Below are positions 55,201 through 64,000 of a stretch of 64,000 bases of DNA, one piece after another. The first letter of the stretch is position 1, and each line of letters begins with the position of its first letter. The notes under the pieces were generated by a model that did no database searches, had not been told where the DNA came from, and saw nothing but the letters and a program-made list of their open reading frames with translations. The stretch spans positions 23,188,001 to 23,252,000 of the forward strand of contig JBHGNT010000002.1 in assembly GCA_043228905.1 (NCBI GenBank). The letters run 5' to 3'. The position numbers were made by a program, and so were the translations under genes. This DNA is from Azolla caroliniana. Lineage: Eukaryota; Plantae; Polypodiophyta.

Positions 55201-57421
55201 CACATTAGTGTCACATCATGCTCATGCCAATCATGCATAAATCTTTGGCAAACTAATTGTCTATTGTAATAAGGAATCCCAATGAGGGATTAACCAACTC
55301 AAGGTAGAGAAGTCTTTATGATTCATAAGTTTGACTAATGTAGTTTCTCCTTGTTGATGGAAGCAACTCCACCAACGTGGAACGTCGACGAAAACTAGGA
55401 AAATGGGATTGATTGGTTATTTCAACAATTCACACACAAAAAGAGGAGAATGTTGAGTTCTCATCCTTTGAATGTGTAAACTCAACCAAATAGTTAAGAG
55501 AAATTGTGCAACACAAGTATGGGATTGATGTGGCGTTAAGCTCATTGTATACTCATGTGATGCATATACATGTGTAACTCTTGTCGTTGTTAAGTTTTTC
55601 TTAGGCAAGTTTGACACACTACCAAGTCCTAAAAAGTTAGTGCATATACTTCTAAATGACAAAGAATTTTTAGCCTACTTTTAGCGACTTCTCTTTTTTT
55701 ACCATAGGCAAGTGACTTGACGTGATAGCATAGAATTCAATCTAGAGCCCTATGCGTTACATACTGGCATGCTCACACACCTAATGCCCATGCACCTAAC
55801 AAATTTGTTAATGCTTTACATATCATGATTCATAATTATGTTATGACAAATTCTATGTATAATACCATGTTGTGCTCAATGCAAGAAAAGAATTTGATAG
55901 GGCATGCCATGTTCACTATAGCCCTGATTTATTCTACAACCATGATGCACACATCCATGACAAGGAATTTGATAATGCTTCAATGAGCATGTCATAACAA
56001 CATGATTTATGAGAAATAGTTAGTGCGAAGAAACAAACTTGTGTTACTTTTCAAGTACCATCCCTTCCTTGAGTCCTCGTAAACATGAACATGTCTTTTG
56101 AACAATGTGAAGTTGAATACATGCCAATGTTATCTTTTCGTGATGTGAATGTAAATCTATGCACACCTTATGGTTAACATGATGCTCTCCACTAGTGAGA
56201 CCATAAGCTTAAGGCAGATATGTACAAGTTGGTGTTGGTGTGCAAAGTCACGTGTGTATCATGTTATTACACATGATGAGATTGTGTTAATAAAAGAAGA
56301 ACATTTATCCACATATAGTTTGTGTAGACACATTGAGTAGTGCACCTTCAATATCATGGATACCTTTATACATGAAAGTCTAGCTTGAGGGAGGGATCTA
56401 TGGGGGAATAGGTCCATTCCTAGAGGTTTGACAAATGCCACAAGTAAGATGAAATTTCTTAGTATGTTATTGCCCCTAAACGAGGTTGACCTTGCCCTAG
56501 ATGGAGATATTATACCTCAATCCCCCTTTGGATATGAGAACCAAATGGTCTTGCTTGGTGAACAAGAATGCTAAAGAGCAATACGTGCTTATTTATAATG
56601 AGTTGCCAATATATCCTTTTCAATGTTATTCTCTTAGCCGGACAAGGCCTAACACAAGGTGTCACGGAAACACTTCACCAAAGGGGTGATTACGGCATAG
56701 GATTAATATTCAACGATTACACCGACTTACATAGGTTACACGATTAGAATGCTTCGGTTAATTACACGCGTAAGATATAACAGTAATTACAGAACGGAAA
56801 TCAAGACAGAAGTACAAACATCATAAGCTCTATTAATTATCCGCTGTCATTACAATGGGGTCCGGGCCTTTAAATAGGTTTCCGGCCCGTAGTACAAAAC
56901 GGTGCCTCTCGCACCTATTCGGGATCCGTCCGGATCTGGAACGGCATACCGTTTCCAGTCCGTCCGTCCACACTATGCTCATTTACAACCATCTAATTAA
57001 TTCCTTCACTCCGTATTTTGGACTCCTTGCCGGCCGGTAACACATGGCACGCTCGTGGGACAGTACCTTGTACGTCGAACCCTTCTCGGCCCCTTCATTG
57101 TTCACCCAAATTGTCCAAAATACTTGGTTCAAGAATTTCCACTTGTTCTTCCGGTTGTGGTTGTTGCGGCTGTGCTTCCTGCTGCTGCTGTGGTTGAGGT
57201 TGGGACTGAGGCTGCTCCGGCTGCTCTGCTTGCTGCTGCTGCTCCATTTGTTTCACTGACTCCGGCATCTCCGTTTGTCTCTCTGGCTCCGGCATCTCCG
57301 TTTGACTGCTTCCGGTCCGGTCTCCTTCCAGTAACGGTTCCTCATCACTGAGGTTGACCGTAACTGGTTCTCGTTCTTTCTCTCCCCGGATCCGGGACCT
57401 CTCGTAGCTTTCAAACTGGAT

Positions 57422-60073
57422 CTACGCCTCCAGCCTGTCGTCGTCCAGCTGAGCTACAAGTTGCCGGACTTGCTCTAGTTGGTCCTCTGCCAAGGCTTGA
57501 AAGTCTTCGGCAAGCTCATCTCTTATGCCGGTGAAGTCTTCGGAAGTCAGCATATAGCAATCCTCTCCCTCCTTCCGCCGGTTCTCTACGTCAGCCCGGA
57601 GCAACTGGAGTTCCGCCGCGTTCGTGGCCCACTTGGTCCACCATTTGACGGAGCCGTTGTAAATCAAGCTCTTGGTCTGGTTCAACCAGGCCCGCATGAT
57701 ATCCTGGATGCGACTTGCTCCCATTTGTGCTCTGCTTTCCACCACTTGTCGCTCCTCCTTCAACTGCTTGATGAGATTTGACGTATCCTCCGCCTGCTCT
57801 CTGTAGCGCGTCAGCTGCCCTTGATATGTCGTTTGCAGCCTCTGCAGTACCTCCGCCGCTCTTTCTTTTTCCGCCTGCTGTTGCCTGAGGAGCTCTGTCC
57901 GAACCTTCTCCGCCTCTTCCAACCGTCTTCTGTTTTCCGCTTGTTCCTTGGCGAATGCGGTTGCGGTCCGATCAACTGCTTGCCGGAGCTCATCCATCCG
58001 TTCCTTGTGCTCCGTTTGCAACCGTTTATACTCCCGGTGCAAGTTCTCAAATTCCTCTGTTTTTAGTTTGAGCTTGCCGTTGATCTGGCGATGGTTCCGG
58101 TCCTCCCGGTCCTTTACCTGCCGGAGTTCCTCTTTCAGGCGCTCTACTTCTGTTTCGGCGTTCCTCCGGAGTCTCTCCTTCTCTTGCAGCATTTTCTCCT
58201 TCTCCTCCTTGAGCCGGTCGTACGCTTGGTGGCCTTTCCGTAAGCTCTCCTCGGCCCGGCGTAGATTCTCAGCAGTCTTTTTGAGTTCTGCCTCCGCTGC
58301 CGTCTTCAGTTCTCTTTCGCGGCTCCTTAGCGCTTCTTGGGCAGCAAGCTCATCCTTTAAACCCGCAAGCTCTTGGGCTTGTGCCGCATTTCTCTCCGGA
58401 ACGGTTTCCGTTGCCGGGGTCTGATTGCTATGTACAGGTTGATCTGACACTTTATTCTGTACATTGCCCGGAGTCACCGGTGCTTGGACTTGTGTTTCCC
58501 TTGTTACCCTGTCCAAGTCTTGTTCAAGGCTCCGGATTCTGGACCGGGCCGTCTCTAGATCTACGGTTGTGACGAGCAACCGTTCCTGGTGCGCTCTCTC
58601 TTCCGCCTCTATATACTCGACCACTCCGGCGATTTGCTCGCCTACCCACCGTAGCCACATGCTACTGGTGCCTTGTTGCTGTACTGGTCGGGTCGGCTCA
58701 TTCATTGTGGACTTGTCTGGCCTGAGTGCCTGCATATGCCGTTCTGGTTCTACTCCTTGGCCGCCGTGTGCTCTGGCTGGGCTCGCCGGCTGTTGAGTTC
58801 CGGTTCTCGCCGTCTCCGGAGCCGTTGGACTGACTTCTTCTATAGAAGTCGACAAGACCGGTTCCCTACGCACCGGTTCCGGTTCTTCCCTTGTGGTTTG
58901 CTCAGGTTGAGTTGGGGGCGTTTCTGCCTCTCGCGGGTACGACCGCTCCCCTCCTGTTTCGGCGGTCCTACTTCTTGACCGTCGTTGGAGGTGCTCTTCT
59001 GGCTCCTCCGTTTCCTCTTCCTGTGTCACGGCATGTTTCTGTGCCGTCAAGGGTTCCGGTTCCTTCTGTCCCGGTCTCCGTAAGGTTATCTTGACGGGTC
59101 GGACCGGTGACACCTCCTCCGGTTCTGGGACCCGTTTCTTCCCTTTCGTCGCCTTCGACGCCAGCAGCTGCTGACGTTTGGACGCCGGCTTCGAGGTGCT
59201 TCCTTCCGATACTCTTGGCCGCTTCTTTGGCTGGACGGTGTCGACCGGCGGCACGAGCAATGTTATCCATTGAGCTACGGCGTGCCAGAGCTTCCGGCCC
59301 TCCTTGCCGTCCTTCCCTCGTACCATGTCGATTGCCATGCACAACCCGTCTGCAATCAACACCGGCCAGTCCACCTTGATCCCTTCATAGGTGGCTATGA
59401 TCATCCCTGCCCGATTTTTTGGCATGACAGGGGGTCGGGGGTATACGTGACCGTACTCATGGAGCACTCGAGCTATCTCCCTGAATAGCGGATCTTCGCC
59501 GCCCTGCGTCCGATAGCCTTTGCCGGCAACAGAGTACTCACCGAAATATCGGATGAGTTGCTCCGAGGTTGGGTTATCGATCTGAAAGATTCCTCCCTCC
59601 GGAAGGCCTGTTAGCGCGCGGATCGCTTCCTCGGTGATGACCTCTGTGGCGAGCTCCTTGATGACCCGGTCGGCTTCTCTGTGCGGCGGTGCCTCCATGA
59701 TGGCCAAGAACCCCTCCAGTCCGTTTTGCCTGAACCATTTCCTGGCCGCTTCCGACAGCGTTTGTGGTTCCATGTCTGCTTCAAGGTCGAGGGAAGATGG
59801 CGAGGTAGAGTGGTGATGAGAGTGAGAGCGAGAGAGAGAGCGTTCTGAGCGCGGGGGTTCTCTGCGTGCAGGTTCGCGTTTGCTCAGCTTCCACTGTCTT
59901 GGTGCTTCTGTGCTTCTTGGCTCGCGAAATGAAAAGGTCTCCATGCGTTCTGCTTCTTCTTTGTGCGTTTTGGCGCCTTTTTCGAGCATGCACACGTCGT
60001 GTACCAATTTAGTATTAAGTAGCGTGGCGTCTCTTAAATGCCCACTACGTACCTTTTCGCGCCTTGCTTTCAC
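57422..60073 (-). CDS. Retrotransposon extra ORF: plant-mobile-domain/transposon-protein-like N-terminal domain, low-complexity linker, long coiled coil
   Basis: 883 open codons (likely ATG at 59773, 783 aa); ITEEAIRALTGLP..G and YEGIKVDW motifs; E/K/R/Q-rich heptads in the C-terminal half. Confidence 0.75.
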   Translation of the reverse strand: MKARREKVRSGHLRDATLLNTKLVHDVCMLEKGAKTHKEEAERMETFSFREPRSTEAPRQWKLSKREPARREPPRSERSLSRSHSHHHSTSPSSLDLEADMEPQTLSEAARKWFRQNGLEGFLAIMEAPPHREADRVIKELATEVITEEAIRALTGLPEGGIFQIDNPTSEQLIRYFGEYSVAGKGYRTQGGEDPLFREIARVLHEYGHVYPRPPVMPKNRAGMIIATYEGIKVDWPVLIADGLCMAIDMVRGKDGKEGRKLWHAVAQWITLLVPPVDTVQPKKRPRVSEGSTSKPASKRQQLLASKATKGKKRVPEPEEVSPVRPVKITLRRPGQKEPEPLTAQKHAVTQEEETEEPEEHLQRRSRSRTAETGGERSYPREAETPPTQPEQTTREEPEPVRREPVLSTSIEEVSPTAPETARTGTQQPASPARAHGGQGVEPERHMQALRPDKSTMNEPTRPVQQQGTSSMWLRWVGEQIAGVVEYIEAEERAHQERLLVTTVDLETARSRIRSLEQDLDRVTRETQVQAPVTPGNVQNKVSDQPVHSNQTPATETVPERNAAQAQELAGLKDELAAQEALRSRERELKTAAEAELKKTAENLRRAEESLRKGHQAYDRLKEEKEKMLQEKERLRRNAETEVERLKEELRQVKDREDRNHRQINGKLKLKTEEFENLHREYKRLQTEHKERMDELRQAVDRTATAFAKEQAENRRRLEEAEKVRTELLRQQQAEKERAAEVLQRLQTTYQGQLTRYREQAEDTSNLIKQLKEERQVVESRAQMGASRIQDIMRAWLNQTKSLIYNGSVKWWTKWATNAAELQLLRADVENRRKEGEDCYMLTSEDFTGIRDELAEDFQALAEDQLEQVRQLVAQLDDDRLEA

Positions 60074-60098
60074 ACCCGTTCATACCTCGATTTTTAAT

Positions 60099-60137
<39 letters not shown>

Positions 60138-60158
60138 TTTTAATGACGGTGTGTGACC

Positions 60159-61169
60159 TTACACATCCGTAGGTCCCTTCGGACCCTGACCGTTTTCCTT
60201 ACGGGTTGCCGTGTCTTCCTTCGTCTCTACTACGGGTTCCCCGTCGTCTTTTTCTTCCGGATCGATCCGTACCGATCCCGGACAGGTTCCCGGTATAGTG
60301 CCGGTGAGCTGTATAAACGGGTTCTTTGGCATCGGTCCTTTATAGGGCTTTAGTCGAAATCCATTCACCCACTTGCCTAGTACTTCCCCGGCAAGTGTCC
60401 CTATCTGATAGGACCCGTTGTATTCCCGTGTCAGCCAATACGGGCCTGTCCATCTGAACCGTAGTTTACCCGGCATTTTGCCCATCCTCGTTTGGAATAC
60501 TAGAACCGGCTTTCCGATTTCGAACATCTTTTCGTTACCTTTCCGGTGACGGTCAACGAACGCTTTCCGTCGTCGTTGCTCCAGTTCCATGTGGAGGATG
60601 CTGGCCAGCCGTTGCTCCTCCAGTTCGCATAGTGCTGCTAGCCGCATTTCCTCCGACTTCTTTTCATTCAGCCGTTCCCGTAGTTGGATCCGTAAGCTTG
60701 GTACCTGAAACTCGACCGGCATGACCGCTTCTAAGCCGAATGCTAACCGGAACGGCGTTGTCCGGATACTTGTTTTGTATGCCGTTCTGTACGCCCATAG
60801 CGCGCTATGGAGCTTTGTATCCCAGTCCGTCCGGTTTTCGTTGACGATTTTGCGGAGAATGTTCTGTAGAGTTTTGTTGGTGGACTCCGCTAATCCGTTC
60901 GCCTGTGGGTAGTACGGTGTGCTCCGTTTATGAACCACGGCATAGAACGTTGTTAAGCTTTTCACTACCTGGCCGAGGAAGTGCCCTCCTTGGTCACTGA
61001 TTAGTTCAATCGGACATCCATATCGGCACCAAATGTTCTCGTAAAGGAATTTTGCTGTGGATGACGCGGTATTGTCTCTCAAGGCCTTAGCCTCCACCCA
61101 TTTAGTGCAATAATCCGTTGCCACGATGACATAACGGTTACCCGTTCTCATTGCCGGTGGCTTGAACGG
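60159..61169 (-). pseudogene. Integrase core and C-terminus of element F, cut by element E
   Basis: Open frame with catalytic D/E and GPY motifs; N-terminus displaced by the LTR at 61170. Confidence 0.9.
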
Positions 61170-61969
61170 TGTCGCGTTGTTACGCAAGTGCGTGTGGAGT
61201 CGAGGCGGGACCGCGGGGGTCTCGAACCAAAGAGCAAGCGAGGGAGGAGAAAGAGAGAGTACCGACTACGCCGGACCGGGGATACGCAGGGACACGGCCC
61301 TTCAGCACGGAGAACGCAACAGACACCGACTCAGACAGATGCGAATGACTAAGTATGTATATTAAGAAAATGGCTAACACGACTACAACCCTCGATGGGG
61401 GACAGGTTGGTTACAACCGAACAGGCCGGCGAACAGATGCCGATGCCTGTTCGCTTCGAAGGACAAAGGGGTAGCAGGTCGGTCGAAGGTGCTGCCGGAA
61501 GCACTCGGGCTTTCCTCGAAACAGCGCGAGCCTCCTCCGAACCCTGCACAGAAAGCTATGGAGCTCAAGAAGCGAGGAAACAGAGAGAGAGAGAGAGAAG
61601 CGTCCAGAAACGGTCCGACAGCACTTCGTCCTCTCCGCGCCAGGCCTGCAACAGCTCTTTCCTGCTCCTTATATAGGCCGACGAGCAGGCCGTCATGTCA
61701 GCTTTATTCCCTGTCCCTTTTGGACAGGGATCCGCTCCGTCATTCACGCGTCCGCGTAGTTACGCCGCCGACTCGTACCGTTCCTTCGCTCGCGCGCCCG
61801 ACCGAAAAGACTGTTCGCGCGGTCTTTGTCTCCACTTGTGTTAGGGCCCGTTCCTGCCGATTATCCTCCTAATTCGCTTCTATGCACAACTTGGAGCTTG
61901 CGCGCGTGAAGAACCGGTTCCCACGCCTAGGTGCGCCGATTCCGCCTATGGACGGTTTTCTTCACGACA
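61170..61969 (-). repeat. 3' LTR of element E (800 bp)
   Basis: TGTCGTGAAG..CGCGACA on minus. Confidence 0.92.
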
Positions 61970-62040
61970 TCCGCCCCCACCTAACTGCGCATCCTCCGGT
62001 ATACGCCAAGAGAGTTGGGACGGAGAAAACCGGCCCGTCT

Positions 62041-63999
62041 TCATTCCTCGCCCGTCGGTTCTTCCTCGTTTTCGGATCGTTCGTCACTGCTGACTAGGAG
62101 AGCCGGGTCCAGCTCGTCGTCATGTCGCTTCTTGAACGCTTTGATCCGCTTCCCTGCAACCGGTATCGCCATTCTCGTGCCGTCGAGTTCCGCCAGGTGA
62201 TATGTCCCGTTGCCATTGGCGCTCCGTACCGCGTAAGGCCCAAACCACCTTCGTGCGAACTTCCGTGTAGCTCGGTGCTGGTTGTCGAGGCTGCTGTCGT
62301 AGACGAGCACCCAGTCACCTTCTTCGATCTTCTTCGGTCGGAGCCGGTGCGTTCGGTCGAACCTGGCTTTGTTCTTTGCCCTCGCCACCCGGAGCCTCTC
62401 CGTAGCCAGTTCCACGTCCTCCGGTCTCCGCTCGAGCTGTCGTATGCGCGCGCCCAACAACTCCTCCCGGCTCATCTCGTCCCGCCAGGCGACCGTTGCC
62501 CACGAGGAGATCGTCCGTTCCATCGGCATGACCGGCTTCTGGCCGAACATGAGCTCCGTCGGCATGTACCCGGTTACCGAACTGTGCGTGGTCCGGTCTG
62601 CCCATAAGGCATAAGGTAGCAACCGCGGCCAGTTACCGACTTGGCCTCCGCACGCCCGAACCAACGCCTTGACGATCGGCCCGTGTCCGCGCTCCACCTT
62701 CCCATTCGCCTCCGGATTGTACGCAGTGGTGAGCGAGAGCTTAACTCCGAGCCGGTCGAACAGCTCCGCGGCTTCTTCGGTGTCCAACTCCCCTCGATCA
62801 GCCACGATCTTCCCGACGCACCCGTACCGGCATATCACGTCCTCGATTAGGAACCGACATACGGCCGCGGTTGTTTTGTTCGGGAGGGCTCGGCCTTCCA
62901 CCTGGTTCGTCAGATCCTCCCGTGCTAGGACCAGGTACCGCATCTGTCCTACCCCCATTGGCATCGTCACCAGATCTACCATCCATTTGAAGTGAATGGT
63001 CGGAGGGTACGTAGGGTGAAGCTCGTCCCGGTGTCGGACTATGGAGTGCATCTGACAGCTCTCGCAAGTTGTCACGAACCGATGCACGTCCTGGTACTGC
63101 CCCGGCCACCAATACTTCCCCTTCAGTTTCTCAAACGTAGCCCATGTTCCACGGTGTCCAGCCCAAGGGCTGTCGTGGTAGGCCGTCAGCAGCTCCTCCT
63201 GTTCTTCCTTCATCGCCACCACCCGGAGCGGAGCGCCGTCCCTCTTCTTCGGGTGCTTCCATAGATGGCCATCCCGGAGAAAGAATCGGTAAGCTTTCTT
63301 CCGGATCCGGTTGGCCTCGTCTTTCGTCCATGACGCATCCGGCGCCATTGTCCTCAAGAACCCGCCGATCTGCAGCCACTCCCCGTCGTACTTGCTCGCG
63401 TCGAAGTCGTTAAGCGCCGGAGTGCTCGGCCCGCCGGTTGTTACGTATGCTGCCTCGAAGAAGTCCACGCCGACCTCCTCGTCCTCCGAAACCATGGCGC
63501 CCTCGTCATCGAATCTCGCCCTTGAAAGCATGTCGGCCATGGCGTTGTCTTTCCCGGAAATGTGTCGTATTTCCGGGTCCAGGGACTTGATGTACGCTAT
63601 CCACCTGAGCATTGCCAGGTCCGGCGTCGCGCATCCGGAAACCATGCCGAGAATCGGCATGCAATCCGTCTCTATGATTACCTCTGTCCCGATCAGATAG
63701 TCCTTGTCGGCCTTTACCGCCGAAACGATACCCCAGAGTTCGCGTTTAACCTGGGCGTATCCCCGTTGCCGCTCACTGAGGACCTTCGCGCCGAATCGGA
63801 TTGGAAACCGATTGCCGTCCCCGTCTTCTTGGTTGACGACCCACCCGATTCCGGTCGGACTCGTGTCAACCGTTATGTACACTGGGGTGCCCTTCCTGTA
63901 GACGGCCTTTCGGAGCGCCGGTGCTGCCGAAAGAGCCTCCTTCAGCTTCCGGACCGACTCCGTGTGCTTGTCTAGCCATTCGAATCTTCGCCCTTTCTT
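62041..63999 (-). CDS. pol: Pol RNaseH-integrase of element E (partial, open to window edge)
   Basis: Uninterrupted frame; ITVDTS, QVKRELWG, HHCC, ADRGE, NGKVER, WFGPY. Confidence 0.92.
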   Translation of the reverse strand, partial: KKGRRFEWLDKHTESVRKLKEALSAAPALRKAVYRKGTPVYITVDTSPTGIGWVVNQEDGDGNRFPIRFGAKVLSERQRGYAQVKRELWGIVSAVKADKDYLIGTEVIIETDCMPILGMVSGCATPDLAMLRWIAYIKSLDPEIRHISGKDNAMADMLSRARFDDEGAMVSEDEEVGVDFFEAAYVTTGGPSTPALNDFDASKYDGEWLQIGGFLRTMAPDASWTKDEANRIRKKAYRFFLRDGHLWKHPKKRDGAPLRVVAMKEEQEELLTAYHDSPWAGHRGTWATFEKLKGKYWWPGQYQDVHRFVTTCESCQMHSIVRHRDELHPTYPPTIHFKWMVDLVTMPMGVGQMRYLVLAREDLTNQVEGRALPNKTTAAVCRFLIEDVICRYGCVGKIVADRGELDTEEAAELFDRLGVKLSLTTAYNPEANGKVERGHGPIVKALVRACGGQVGNWPRLLPYALWADRTTHSSVTGYMPTELMFGQKPVMPMERTISSWATVAWRDEMSREELLGARIRQLERRPEDVELATERLRVARAKNKARFDRTHRLRPKKIEEGDWVLVYDSSLDNQHRATRKFARRWFGPYAVRSANGNGTYHLAELDGTRMAIPVAGKRIKAFKKRHDDELDPALLVSSDERSENEEEPTGEE

Positions 64000-64000
64000 C

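Larger units (their letters stand above)
56660..61169 (-). mobile_element. Element F: 3' part of an Athila/Tat-type (OTA) Ty3/gypsy element: integrase, extra ORF, putative 3' LTR
   Basis: Integrase ATDYCTKWVEA, SDQGGHF, YPQANGLAE, WTGPY, VNGFRLKPY; putative LTR ~57042-56660 (TGTTACCG..CCGTGACA); interrupted at 61170. Confidence 0.88.
61170..64000 (-). mobile_element. Element E: Trp-primed-family Ty3/gypsy element (3' half; continues off the right edge)
   Basis: 3' LTR 61969-61170, PPT 61982-61970, flank ACGG 61166-61169; pol highly similar to element D. Confidence 0.94.

Noticed and set aside
57055-57351. Gln/Pro-rich small ORFs between extra ORF and LTR
   Set aside because: Short trinucleotide-like and 21-bp repeats; cannot be distinguished from low-complexity 3' UTR, although a frameshifted tail of the extra ORF is not excluded.

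Overview
Eukaryotic, non-seed-land-plant-like genomic window (bryophyte/lycophyte/fern; species not determinable from sequence), about two-thirds nested retrotransposons around one host gene, a group-F (bZIP19/23-like) zinc-sensor bZIP transcription factor at 48958-50178. The left third is a Russian-doll stack: a Ty1/copia element invaded by a tRNA-Trp-primed non-chromovirus Ty3/gypsy family (element A > non-autonomous element B > near-complete element D, plus solo LTRs). The middle holds copia remnants, RTEX/CR1-like and L1 LINEs, a self-priming non-autonomous LTR element and a very young, intact, self-priming Tcn1-like chromovirus. The right end holds an Athila/Tat-type element with an intact 883-codon extra ORF, itself invaded by another Trp-primed element. 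Most striking observations: (1) three unrelated LTR types carry tRNA-spaced Pol III A/B-box modules near the U3 end, pointing outwards; (2) all seven readable insertion junctions of the Trp-primed superfamily are 4-bp sites with a central CpG (NCGN); (3) two -1 frameshift cassettes with predicted pseudoknots, one placed unusually between protease and RT; (4) a tandem Cys/Asp-rich repeat expansion in the zinc-sensor bZIP. Coordinates were read by eye and may be off by a few bases.
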